A stretch of DNA of 64,000 nucleotides from Phyllobates terribilis. Lineage: Eukaryota. Under the pieces are notes generated by a model, which worked only from the letters and a program-made list of their open reading frames with translations, was not told the origin of the DNA and searched no databases. A program made the position numbers and the translations under genes. Where the stretch lies: the NCBI RefSeq assembly GCF_046119375.1, contig NW_027366878.1, positions 1 through 64,000 on the forward strand, written 5' to 3'. Positions 39,151 through 51,952 of the stretch are shown one piece after another; within the stretch, counting starts at the first letter, position 1, and each line of letters opens with the position of its first letter.

Positions 39151-41240
39151 ACAATTGAAAATTTGTCGGTCGGAATACAGCTGTAATATATGTTCTCATA
39201 TAATCCAATTCAACCATGCACAACCTTATATGAAAGTTTGTCGGTCGAAATACATTCTCAATTGTAAAAAGATACCGAGTAAAAGAAGATTAGGTTATTT
39301 TTCTATTCCTTTTACTTTTCTCTCTCTACTTCTATTTTTTAATGTATCTATTTCATTTTACAATTGAAAGTTAAAACCTGCATTGTAAGATTTCAACGCA
39401 CTGAATATTTGAAACGTACTATTAAAAACCTAATCTTCTTTTACTCAATATCTTTTTTCTCCATCTCAATTATTCTACAACTGATTTCTTGCACATAATT
39501 TTATCTATGATCTCCGCTACAATTGATGCATTTGCAAAATCAATGAATCTCCGCTACAATTTTATATATACTCTTTTCGATAATCCAGTTCTTGAGAAGA
39601 AATAGTGAATTTACATGCAAATTTGAAGAAACACCTTCATTTGATCAGTTTCAATAAATTTTTTTACTAAAATAATCTTTTCTATATTGAGAATTTGTGG
39701 ATAGTAATTTATATTGGATAAATATAGTTAAGCAAGTTCATTTCTTTTCTATGTTGATAATTTATGGATACTAATTTAAAATTTATGGGGTTGTAGCCCT
39801 CTCGTAATTTTGGTAGACTTTAATTTTGTTAGCAATTATGATAAATTGTAACCCTCTGGTAATTTCGGTATATTTTAATTTTTTTATCAATCATGGTTCA
39901 CACTTTCATAATTATTTTGACTAATTTGTATCACGAGATATAGTTGGAAAATCTGTTTCCAACTTTGAAAGGCAGGAGGATCATGTGCAGAAAAGACATC
40001 CAAGAATCACGAACCTCGTTGATGCAACCAAATGCTTGATGAAATCCAACTTAATGATTTGTTACTACCGAATTTGTAATAATCAACATGACCACAATAG
40101 AACAATAATTGAAGTGAGAACCTCGGTCAATTCGTTTGCTAATGTTACTACATAAGTGGAAGCTAACACTACTAAAAGACAGCGTTTTAGCGTCGAAATT
40201 TAGCGACAAACGCGGGTTTGCATGCTAAATATGAGAAAGTCCATAATTAGCGTCGAAATTTAGCGACAAACCGATTTTCGAAGATAATTGTTGGCGGGAA
40301 TCATGGCGGGCAACTTTTGCGTCGAAATTTTCGACGCTAAAATTAGCGTGCAAATGTTTCGACGCTAATATCGTCGCTAAACATTAAAAATCCCGATCGA
40401 AGATTAGCGTCGAAATGTTCGACGCAAATTCGACGCTAATGAGTAGCTGCTGGCGTGTATTAGTGAAATTTAGCGTCGGAAATTTTCGACGCTAAATTTC
40501 GACACTAATTTTGAATTAAAACACCAGAATTCAGTCGACTCCCTAGTTGACAGCAGAGAAGTGCGAATCGGCGAGAAGTGCGAATCGGCGACGGCGGAAT
40601 AAGAGGGGCGACGCGAGAGCTAGGGCGAACGAGCTAGGGCCGAATCAAAGGGACGACTTCAAGGGTACTTCCTCCTCCTTTCTTCTTCCTTCTTTCTTCT
40701 TGTTAACTACAAATTGGGGGAAAATTAGGTTTTGATTGAATTAGTTAGATTCGAAGCTTTATGTTCAAATTAGTCTTCTCCTAGCTTTCTACAACGTCAT
40801 AGTACTCTTGCATGTTGATTTTGACTATGATTTGGAGTGAATTGATGTTATATGAATTATTAGGGTTGAGAATTTGTGAATTTGTGAATGTTGTGTGAAG
40901 TTGTGAATTTACGAATTTGTCGATTTGTGAAATTGGTGGAAATGTGAATTTGTAGAATCAATTGTGATTGGTTGAATTTGGGAATTTGGAAACTAAATTG
41001 AATTTGTGAAATTACGAATTTGTCGATATGTGGATTTGGTGGAAATGTGAATTTGTAGAATCAATTGCGATTGGTTGAATTTGGGAATTTGGAAAATAAA
41101 TTGAATTTGTGAATTTGCAAATTTGTCGACTATAGGAATTTGCGAATTTGTTTATATGAGTTATTTATTGAATTTATTGGTCCATTAATAGAATCTCTAT
41201 AGTTATATACAGGTTAAGGAGTAATAAAACAATTCAAAAA

Positions 41241-44200
41241 ATGAGCTTTGATCGTAGTTGGATGTATAATAGAATATTAGGAGATGGCATGCTCTCATTA
41301 GAGTTCGTAAGTCATCTTGACAAGTTCGTTGAATTTGCTATGCAACATCCTGAGTGTATGGACGGCGATCGGATGAAGTGTCCATGTAGTAAGACTACAT
41401 GTCAGAATACGTTTTATCGAAGCGTCGATGAAGTGAAGTTACACGTCATGACTAATGGGTTTGTGCGAGAGTATTTTGTATGGATTCATCATGGTGAGAA
41501 TGGTGTGCAACAACCGTCTGAAGATTTCGAGTATGGAAATGTGGAATACAATTCAGTTCAGAGAATGGTTATTGATGCAGCTGGGCCAGGAATGTTTGGA
41601 GAAGAAGGTGTGAATGAAGAAGCTCCGAATGAAGAAGCTCAGAAGTTTTATGATATGATGCGTGCAGCTGAAGGAGACATATGGCATGGTAATAAGAAAC
41701 ACTCACCTTTGTCTGCAGCTGTTAAGATGTTAGAGATTAAGTGTCGACATGGAGCTTCTGTGTCCTTAGTAGATGATGTGAGTGACCTAATCCAGGAATT
41801 GTTACCTGATAACAACAAGATGCCAACCAACTTTGCTAACATCAAGAAGTTGGTGAAAGGTCTCGGTTTGCCATATGAAGTAATTGAATGTTGTATAGAC
41901 AACTGCATGATTTATTGGGGGCAAGATGAAAATGCCACACAATGCAAAGTATGCGGCAAGCCAAGGTGGAAATCCAACACAAAAAAGAAGAAGAGAAGAG
42001 TTAATGTGCCGTACAAGAAGATGTTCTATTTTCCTCTAACTCCGAGGCTACAAAGGTTGTATGCTTCAAAAGCAACAGCGAAGTATATGAGATGGCACGC
42101 CGAACATGAAATGATTGATGGGAAGATGTGTCACCCATCTGATTCACCAGCTTGGAAACAATTCAGTGAGTTACATAATGAATTTGCAGCAGAAGTGCGA
42201 AATATCAGACTAGGATTATGCACTGATGGATTCCAACCATTTGGTAGCTTTGGGCAGCAATACTCTTCATGGCCAGTAATTGTGACGCCGTATAATCTAC
42301 CTCCAGGGATGTGTATGAAAGACGAGTTCATGTTTTTGACAATACTTGTCCCCGACCCTCGAAATCCAAAAAGCCGGATGGACATCTTTCTACAACCGTT
42401 GATAGCCGAGTTGAACCAACTATGGAGTCAAGGTACGATGACATATGACATCCATATGAGACAAAATTTTCAAATGAGGGCTGCATTGATGTGGACAATC
42501 AACGACTTTCCTGCATATTCTATGTTGTCTGGTTGGAGCACACAGGGAAAACTTGCATGTCCATATTGCATGGAGGATACTGATGCATTCACACTCCCCA
42601 AAAGTGGAAAACAATCATGGTTTGATTGTCACAGAAAGTTCTTAGTCCCAGGTCATCCTTACCGTCGGAACAAAACTGATTTCCGAAAGGGAAAAGGAGT
42701 GAGCAAGAGATTTGGAAGAGTGAAAACAGGAGAAGAGTTAATAGAAGAAGTGGAGCGTTTGGGGTTCATGAAGGCATACGAATATGAGGCTGAGAAGGTT
42801 AATGCTCAGAAAGCTAAGAGTCATGGCTGGAACAGGAAGAGTATATTTTGGGATTTGCCGTATTGGAAGACAAATATGATTCGACATAATCTCGATGTGA
42901 TGCACATTGAGAAAAATGTCTTTGACAATGTTTTCAATACCGTGTTAAATGTCCCCGGGAAGACGAAAGACACTGCGAAATCTCGGGAGGAATTGAAAGA
43001 TATTTGTGATCGTCCAAGTCTAGCAAGGAATGAAAGCACCGGTAAATATCCAAAGGCGTTGTATGCTTTAGATAAAGAGGCAAAGAAGATTCTACTTGAA
43101 TGGGTTAAGTCCATAAAGTTTCCGGATGGCTATGTGTCAAACTTGTCGAGGTGTGTGGATTTCAACAATCTGAAAATGATTGGAATGAAAAGTCATGACT
43201 GTCATGTCTTTATGCAACGCCTTCTGCCAATTGCTTTTCGGGAGCTTCTTCCAAAGGAAGTTTGGGAGCCGATAACGGAGTTGAGTATTTTTTTCAAAGA
43301 CTTAACTTCTACAACGTTAAAGGCTACCGATCTAGAGCGTATGGATCTTGAGATCCCAAAGATACTTTGCAAGTTGGAACGCATATTTCCACCAAGCTTT
43401 TTTGATTCAATGGAACATCTCCCTGTACACCTTCCATACGAAGCTTTAATGGCAGGCCCTGTGCAGTATCGATGGATGTACCCATTTGAAAGGTACTTGT
43501 TATCTACTTTAAAGGTAATGCCAATTACTAACAATGCTTAGTAACTATATTATTTTTTATGGGACATATATTTAAGAAAGCTGAAGAAAAAGGTCACAAA
43601 TAAAGGTCAAGTGGAAGGAAGCATTCGTAACGGTTATTTGCTAGAGGAAACCGCAAAATTTGCTTCCTTTTATTTTACAGACGGTGATCCCAGGTTACCT
43701 GAGAGGTTGCAAAGAAATGTAGTGTATGATATGGATGTCGATGACGACGCGGACAAGTTATCCATTTTCAAGTCTGCAGGAAGACATGTAGGTGCTTGTG
43801 GGAAAAGGTATTTGGATAACAAGGAGTTAGTCGCTGCCCACAGTTATATTCTTTTGAACTGTCCTGAAATCGAATCATACAGAGAGTAAGTGTTCAAGTC
43901 ATTTCAATGGATTCCTTTTGATTGGATCATCGGTTAATTTGATTCATTTTTTTGCATCGATGTCAAAGTGACTTTGTGGATGGATTGTATGAAATCAACC
44001 CTGAGATAACGCAAGCTGAAATTGAAGCGAAGTTGGAGAATGATTTTGCATTATGGTTTAAGGAACATGTAAGTATTGTGCGACAGTATTTATTAATGGA
44101 ATCGTTTCAAGAGTGAGGTGACCTAAATATTTCATTTTTGTATTTTAGGTACATTCTTCCACTACAGTCATAAATCCTTATATTCGTAGTCTGGCTCAAG

Positions 44201-44844
44201 GGCCTCTCCAACGAGTGTCTACATACAATGGATTTTGTGTGAATGGGTTTAAGTTTCAAACTCAAGCATATGGAGAAGACAAAGTCACGATGAATAGTGG
44301 TGTCTGTGTGAAAGGATCTCTCTATGCCCCGAGAGAAAGCGACTTTTATGGAGTGTTGGTTGATGTTGTTGAGTTGGAGTACCCAGCCTTGCCAATCAAG
44401 AGGGTCATGTTATTTAAATGTGATTGGTTCAATCCAACACCAAGTGTCGGTATGACAGTGCATCAAAGCTATAATATGGTGGATATTAATCATAGAAAGA
44501 AGTACAACAAATATGAGCCATTTATTTTAGCAGAACAAGCTGCTCAAGTCCATTACTTACCATATCCAAGCAAAAGACGAGATAAAGTAAATTGGTGGGC
44601 TATGTGTAAGATAAAGGCGCGAAGTGAACTTGACATGCCAGAGACTGTTGTTACGGCTTTTCAGGATGACGTCACAGAACATCATCTCATTGTTACGACA
44701 TCTGACGAGGCACCCATACTTGTTGATCCAACTGACGAAGCAGAAGAAGTTGAGATTCCATCATCATCATCTGAGGAAGATGAAGAAGTTGACATTCCAT
44801 CTTCTTCTTCAGAAGAAGATGATTCTGATTCAAATTATGAATAA
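41241..44844 (+). CDS. CACTA TnpD-like transposase, 4 exons (41241-43492, 43568-43885, 43969-44068, 44149-44844)
   Basis: MSFDRSWMY...CPCSKTTC, RNIRLGLCTDGFQPF, DVMHIEKNVFDN, MKSHDCHVFMQRLLP, QYRWMYPFER, NSGVCVKG, YEPFILAEQAAQVHY. About 1120 codons with no internal stop. The exon 2 acceptor reads CAT instead of CAG. Confidence 0.9.
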
Positions 44845-44998
44845 ATAGCTAAGATGACGAGTAGCTAGTATTGTTGTAATGAACATTAGATTATGCGTTG
44901 TTATTTTTGAATGTTGATGAAGAAATTTATATTACACCATCTTTAAATTATGACAATGAATTATATGTTATTTTTTATGCGTTATTGTAAAATTACAG

Positions 44999-46678
44999 AT
45001 GAGAGGACAGCCCAACAATAGAGGTAGGGGTAGACAAACCCCTGTCACCGACGAACCTGTAGAAGAGGTTAACGCAGAAGCAGGGGAAGGTACACAAAAC
45101 CCTGTCACCGACGTATCTGTTCATGAGGAGCCACGTTCTCGAGTTCCATCCGAGAGGACGCATATTTATCCTCAGGGGTACGTCAATGTGTAATCTTATT
45201 TAACATTAATTAATTATTTGAGCCGACTTATAGTTTTTAATGCACACAGAAACCGTCTTCATGATTCTCAGAATCATGATTCTGGGACGGTATCGAGGCA
45301 TATGCTTCGAATATACAGACAACGGTGGTATCTCGAAGGCCACCAATGGAAGGGTCTTAGTCACGACCAGATTGGTTTCTACTTTGAGGAACTGAAGGTA
45401 ATTATCATATTTTCTATTATATTAATGTCTTGTTATTCTAACTTGTTTGTTTACTTTGTTTAGAAATACTTTTGGTGGGACCAGTGCTATAGTGAACAAT
45501 TCATTAGAAGCGTCTTCGAAAAGCATGCTGCTATACGGTATTCAGACACATTAACTAAAATGAAGAAAAATAACAAGAAATGTGCGACCGTTCCCGATGC
45601 GATTTGGCAAGCCTGGCAGAGACAATGGACAACACCAGAAGCACAACAGCTGTCAATCACCTACCGTGCATATAGACGAAGCGCTCCAACAGGACATGAA
45701 GGTCCAGTGAAGCATACTGGAGGGTCTCGGTCTTCTTTTAAGCTCAAAAAAGTTTTGGTATGATTGAAAAATATTCTTACATAGAATCTCTTAAGTTTTA
45801 TGAGTAATCAATTGTTTTTTGTGATAGGCTAAGGAGCTTGGACGGGAGCCGACTCTCCCTGAGCTTCATGTGCGCATGCACACGAAGAAAGACGATCACT
45901 CTCATTTCATTGACCAGAAATCCAAAGATGTTCATGTAAGTCAATTCTAATTTATATTGGTTTTGATTTCCTTGAAGGAAAGACATTTGTATTGTGTTTG
46001 TGTGTTGCATTTGGGCATTTTGTGTATGTGATAAATGTTATGAATGGTGGGTAGCGTTTATAGGTTTGCAGGTCACTGTTGAAAAATGGGTAATGTTCGT
46101 AATATAGGGGAAGTGCTGTCAAATTTTTAAAAAATATTTAATGTACATTTATTTAATGTGCATTTCTTGAATTGCAGGATCGATTTCAGGCTGAGCGTGC
46201 TCTTGCTGAACAGTCTCAACGCACTGGCGAGGTCGAGGGTAGCTCAACATCAGTAGCGGTAGACGATAACGAGTTGTTCTTGTCTCTGGATGGAGTGAAG
46301 GGGCACCGTATTTACGGGATAGGCACATCGTCTTCATCATATCAGTTATCCTCTCATCAGCGTCGTCGTGCCTCCACCAGCCACTCACAAGAGAAAGAAG
46401 GACAGACAAGCATGGACGAGCGCCTTAAGGAGATTAGGGAGCAGATGAGGGCGGAGGTGCAGGCGGAGGTGCAGGCGGAGGTGCAGGCGACGAGGGCGGC
46501 GATGCAGGAGAAGATGAGAGAGTTCCAATCCCGCTATGAAATGCAAGCGGAGGCCCAAGCTAGACTCCAGGCTACACTTCAGGGGCACATAGCACAATTG
46601 ATGTCCACATTGCCCCCCGAGCATCGTCCAAGAGATCAGAATGAGGACCATAACGTTCCAGATCAGAGTGACAAGTGA
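44999..46678 (+). CDS. CACTA TnpA-like protein (Transposase_24 type), 5 exons (44999-45177, 45250-45397, 45464-45757, 45828-45935, 46178-46678)
   Basis: All GT-AG junctions splice in frame (1230 nt). Motifs KHTGGSRS, LGREPTLPELHVRMHTKKD, KGHRIYGIG, C-terminal coiled coil. The ATG sits directly after an acceptor at 44998. Confidence 0.85.
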
Positions 46679-47439
46679 TAGATATGGTTCGAACTTGTCG
46701 GTTACTCGAAACAATTACTTGTTTGTTACTTGAAACAATTACTTGTGGGATTATGTTTTTTATTCGAACAACTATTCCTTAATTACTATTCACTTTTATA
46801 ATGTCTACATCTTTTCAGTATTAAATAGGTTTAACAGGAAAATAAATATATATAAATCTGAATTTGTAAAAAAACCTAAAATTAGCGTCGAAATGGGTCA
46901 ATTAGCGTCGAAATGGTGCTCGCTAAATGCTCGAATTATAATTGTTTCGTCAATAATTAGCGACAAAATGGGTAAATTAGCGTCGAAATGGGTCGATTAG
47001 CGTCGAAATGGTGCTTGATAAGTAGCGACGAAATTTGCTAATTAGCGTCGAAAATTAGCGTCGAATCTTTGCATGCTAATCCGGATTTTGAATTTCGACG
47101 CAAGGCAGCTGGGGTTGGAAGGCGATTTAGCGACAAAGTGTTCGACGCTAATTGCGTCGAAAAAAAAATTCGACGCTAAATTTGGTTTGCGACAAGGGTA
47201 TTACCGACAAACCGTTAGCGTCGAAATATAGGAGATTAGCGTCGAAAAATTTCGACGCTAATCTCCTGTTTTTTAGTAGTGATTGCTGTCAAACTTTCTC
47301 GTTTTGTTTTTCGCGAATTCTCTATTACGAATAACTCAATTTCAATGTTTACAAATTCTTTTTTCGCGAATTTGAGTAATGATTTTCGAGATTGGAGTAC
47401 TGATTTTCGGTTGTGTTTTTCCCGGAAATCAGATGCGAA

Positions 47440-47900
47440 TGAATAAGTCTGATCATGAAAAACAATTTGGGATCATGAAAAACACGTCTTAGAGTGTGAA
47501 AAATACGTCTTAGAGCGTGAAAAAATAGTTCCTATAATTTATCGACTCTTTTTTATTATGAACAACAAATCTTAGATAGTGAAAAATAAGTTTTAGATTG
47601 TGAAAAACAAGTTTGGGATCGTGAAAAACAAGCTAGATCAACAAATTTTAGATTGTGAACAATGAATCTTAGATCACGAAAAAACAAGTTCCAGACTATG
47701 AAAAACGAGTTTCAGATCGTGAAAATAAATGTGAAGTGTGAATAAACAAGTTTTGGATTGTGAACAATGAATCTTTGATCATGAAAAACAAGTTTTTGTA
47801 TGTGAAAAACGAGTTTCGGATTGTGAAAACATGTGTAAATTATGAATAACATCACGAAAAGCAAGTTTTAGAGTGAACAACAAGTCTTATATCGTGAAAA
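47440..47900. repeat. Degenerate array of (GA)TCGTGAAAAAC-like motifs
   Basis: Many copies of GATC(G/A)TGAAAAAC/TGTGAAAAAC at irregular 20-40 bp spacing; probably the subterminal region of a non-autonomous DNA transposon. Confidence 0.6.
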
Positions 47901-49289
47901 CGAGGATAACCAAAATTCAACCAGAATTAGAGAACATAACCACAGTGCACCAAAAATTGCAACAAATATAGACAAACCCAAAACAGTGGCCAAATATGCA
48001 GAATTTCATCCCTCACAAATATCGAACCATAAATTTCAAATTAAATAACTATACATGCTTAATCTATCCGATTAAAGAATCTCAATCTGCAATAGATCTC
48101 AACAATTTTTTTTTGAAATCATCATAATCACAAGAAAGTTCTAAGAAGTTACTGAAGTTCAAAAGAAAAGTAATCACAAAAATGCAGTATTGTTGGAGCC
48201 TCTGCCTTGCTTACTCCTTGCAGTTAAACTCAATCTTGTTAACGTATACCTGCAAATGACTTGATAAACCAAGAAACTAGCATCCATAAATAAAAAGATG
48301 GGATCAACATAGAGATAAGTTTAACTGCACTAAGTCTGCATACCGGAATGAAGCCCCATTATCCCCAGATGAAATGATTTGCAAGGGAGTACTTTTCTGC
48401 TCATTCAACTAATTCATCTACTTCTGACTCACTTGGTTCCTCACTTAAGAAATAACAATCATTATCAAATGAGTATGATCTTTTGCGATACAAAAAAATA
48501 TTTGAAGGGATTCAAGGAGTATGTTATTGATTTTGTAAGTAGTGAATTTACCTGAAACATCAAATCAGTAAATGTCAATCCGAGAATCACAAACAACAGA
48601 AAAATTCTCAAATCTTTAACAATCACGTCAAAGGAAGAGGCCATAAATCGCGAATTTCATAGTCCAAACTGTAACTGGAAAAGAAAAACGACCAGCAAAC
48701 AAATAATTGCCGAAAAGAGAGAGATTATCCAATAAACAACAAAGATCGGTTGATTGAGCGAGACAGAGATGCGGTGAACCGAAGAGAGCGGCATAACAGC
48801 GATAGCCCTTTCATTAGTAAACGCAGCATCACAATTTCTAATTAGCCAAAAATGGAGGATATAAGATTCGACAACAACAACCGAAGCCTCTATTGAAGGT
48901 GGAGATCTTGAGATAGGAAGCGAATCTGGAAGCCAGTAGACTTGATGCCATTGGAAAGAAAGCAGATATGCTTGAAGGAGAATCAGATCTGATTATGCCT
49001 CAGCCTCGTTGTTGCCGATCAGTAGTTATCAGCCGCCGGATAAAGTGAGTCTCCGGTTAGAAGGATGGATCCGGAGGAGAACGAGTACCCTTGCGATAGG
49101 AGAAAGGAAGTGAGGGAGTAGGTAGTGCGATCGACGAACCCAATTAAGCGGCCCAAAAATGATAAGTTGGATATGAGAGAGGTTAAATCCCTAAACTTAG
49201 GGAAGAGATCTTAATTTACTTTATTATTTTCTGTTTTTATTATTAGCTTTTAATCTCAACCCTAAAATGTAACTCAATCTGACGGTTTA

Positions 49290-51952
49290 TGTAATAACCC
49301 TCTATTTCTGAAGGTTATTTTGGTACTTTGATATTCAGTTGATTTTATGAATGTTATCTTTTGGATGAATTGAGCAGATAGTCTCCCAGAGACTATCTGT
49401 TATACGTATCTCTGTAACTGTCGTTAGATTCTCGACGAGCACGTTGGATAGGTTCTCGACGAGCGTGTTGGATAGGTTCTCGACGAGCGTGTTGGATAGG
49501 TTCTCGAGGAGCATGTTGGATTGGTTCTCGACGAGCATCTTGGAGAGATACTTGACGAGCAGATAGTCTCCCAAAGACTATCTGATCTATGTGTCTCTTT
49601 GGCCGTCAACAGATACTCGACGAGCACCTCATGGAGATGCTCGACGAGTAGTATCTGTGATCTGTGGTGTATCAACCATAAAGTGGTTCCATAAATTTAA
49701 TTAGATTAAATTTTGTTTATTAGTGATTTCCTTAATTAAAATTAGGGTTTGGAGGTATCTATTCTACCCCTATATAAACCCACCTCCGTTCCACATATTT
49801 TTATATCTCTTTAAACGGCCGCACAAATAAACGAAACAGAGGTTTCGTTTACTCCCCCAGCCGTCTTCCTCCTCTGTTTCGGTCGTCGCTTGCCAACCAC
49901 CGCAGCACCTCCTCCCTCCTCCGGAGAGAGTGCCTCCCTTCTCGGTAAAGTCGACGACGCTCCCCTGTTTCGGCGCCGACGAAAGCTGCTCCGCGCCACC
50001 GGTTCGTCCGCTATCATAGTCGTCGACGGCATCGTCGAAGTCGGTTCAGTGGTCGTCTTCACCGTGGCTCCGCCCCCGTCGTCGTCGACCGTCGGTAAAG
50101 CTCCGAGCTTTCAATGTTTTTAGTTTGTATATATAGCTCTGGTGTGCTAACCTTTCCGGTTCCGTTCCCAGCCCTATCCATCGCCGTCGTGCCGCTGTTG
50201 TGCCACCCGCAGTCACCGCCGTCGTTCGTCATCCTCCGGTGAGTTGCTGGGTTGCCCTGTTTCATTGAATTGCAGTTGTTCACTTCCTCTGTATAAAGAG
50301 AACGAAGGTGGAGACTGAAGACAATCCTTATATCACTTATGATTTGTATATTTGGTTCATCTAATTTATACTTATGATGTGATTAACCATATATCACATA
50401 TGTATACACGAAGGTGAAGACAAATTCATACATACTATTACATTCTCCTAATTTGTAAACTAATCATATATTTATTTATAAATATATATTGAGTATAATA
50501 ATATTCAATAAGGTTAGTTTATTTTGTAATTGACTCCTACTTAAGATTGATATAATTTAATGAGATAATTATATCAAACAAAGTCTAATTATAATCTTAT
50601 TCGTGTGTTTGGGTACCGCGTTGGATCGGAATTCTTGAAGATCGAGTTCGTTGACAAGGCTCCAAACTCCATCTGAGATCCCGATAAATTCCCGTAACTA
50701 AGGCAAGTGGCGGTTCGCTCTTGCTTATCTATTTGCTTTTATTCCATATTTGTCTTAATTAACAATGAATCGATTGTTATATTAAGTTGGGTAAAATATT
50801 ATTCTCTTGTGTGTTGGGAACTTTAATAACCTAAAATAAATGTTATTTAGGTTTATGCATATAGTGGATATACTATATATATGATGATATTTATATTATT
50901 ACCTTAGGGTGATAGATGGACTTGTTGTGGATTGTTGTGGATATGTATACTATATAGTTAGAACGAGTATTCGTAGGAACACTATGTACCTCACGAGGTC
51001 TAGTGGTTTCTTTATAACTGGTATTAGGAGGATTTTGCCCTAATAGCCTTTTTGGTCATGATCATACCCTTATCCTTATATGAGGGTGGTGCACACAGCT
51101 GGTGCCGATTATCGGGATTATTCCCTTGTTCTCATTGCGAGACATCATTAAAAGCTTCAACGTAAATCGTTTTGGAAGTACGAAAGATAAGCACTTTTGT
51201 GCATAATTAATGTGTTCCGGACAATTAGTACAACTTGGAAAATTGTCTGGCCTCCTGGGTAAGTAAGCCATCTTTCCGATCTGAATTCGCACAACACGTA
51301 TGCGGTGAGGTTGGTCGTTGACCCAATTATTCATGGGGGTGATTTCAAAACCTATTGCTTGAATTATATAAAATGTTCCCACACAGTTATTATATTAATA
51401 TTATATTAATATCTTCCCATAAGACTCAACTTTTTGGAGTCTTCTCTTGTTATATATACATACATATATATATATAGTATTATATCTCTTCCTTATTCCG
51501 TGGAAGTGTCGGAGTTGCCTTGGTTATCGGCTTTTTATTCGAGAAACCGTTAGGTTTAACTAGATACGACTACATAGAGCATCACATAAATCCCACTGCA
51601 TAGTCTCTCGACTAACCAACCACTATTTTTTCCTTATGGTTGGCTGGTGTCATCCGTCTCTTTACGGCACATCAGGTGGTAGCTTCAAGGATTGAAGATT
51701 TCGGGCGCAGGGCAGTTGAAGATTATTTGTTTTGTTTGTTTCAGTTTCAACAAGGTTACGATCTGTTTATGATTAAGTCTTCCGCTATATTATTATTTTT
51801 GGGATTTGGTTTTGCATTGTAAGACAATTATTTATTATTAATACATTGAGTATTTGTTTTTTTTTCATTTAATGTTCTAAGCCTTAGTAACTTCGGGTCG
51901 ATGATTCGGGGTTACTGGCGGTAATATTCCAAGGTAATTTGGGGGTGTTACA
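49290..51952 (+). mobile_element. Solo LTR (2663 bp), Gypsy/Tekay-like termini
   Basis: Begins TGTAATAACCC, ends GGGGTGTTACA; perfect 5-bp TSD GTTTA at 49285-49289 and 51953-51957; no gag/pol inside. Confidence 0.9.
49428..49560. repeat. 24-bp tandem repeat inside the solo LTR
   Basis: Unit TTCTCGACGAGCGTGTTGGATAGG, about 5 copies with decay. Confidence 0.9.

Larger units (their letters stand above)
40167..47281 (+). mobile_element. CACTA (En/Spm) DNA transposon, 7115 bp, near-intact
   Basis: TIRs CACTACTAAAA and TTTTAGTAGTG; subterminal TTAGCGTCGAAA/TTTCGACGCTAA arrays at 40185-40510 and 46880-47260; TnpD and TnpA genes. Flanks TAA and ATT do not form a TSD. Confidence 0.96.

Noticed and set aside
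46385-46714. Antisense ORFs over TnpA, TnpD, the mariner transposase, NOP56, ADK and the MFS exon
   Set aside because: They are shadows of real coding sequence or of in-frame 12-nt repeats (AEVQ x3) and show no independent signal.
49335-51382. ORFs inside the solo LTR (49335-49675, 49811-50283, 51062-51382)
   Set aside because: Products of the 24-bp repeat and GC-rich leader; no gag, pol or env motifs.
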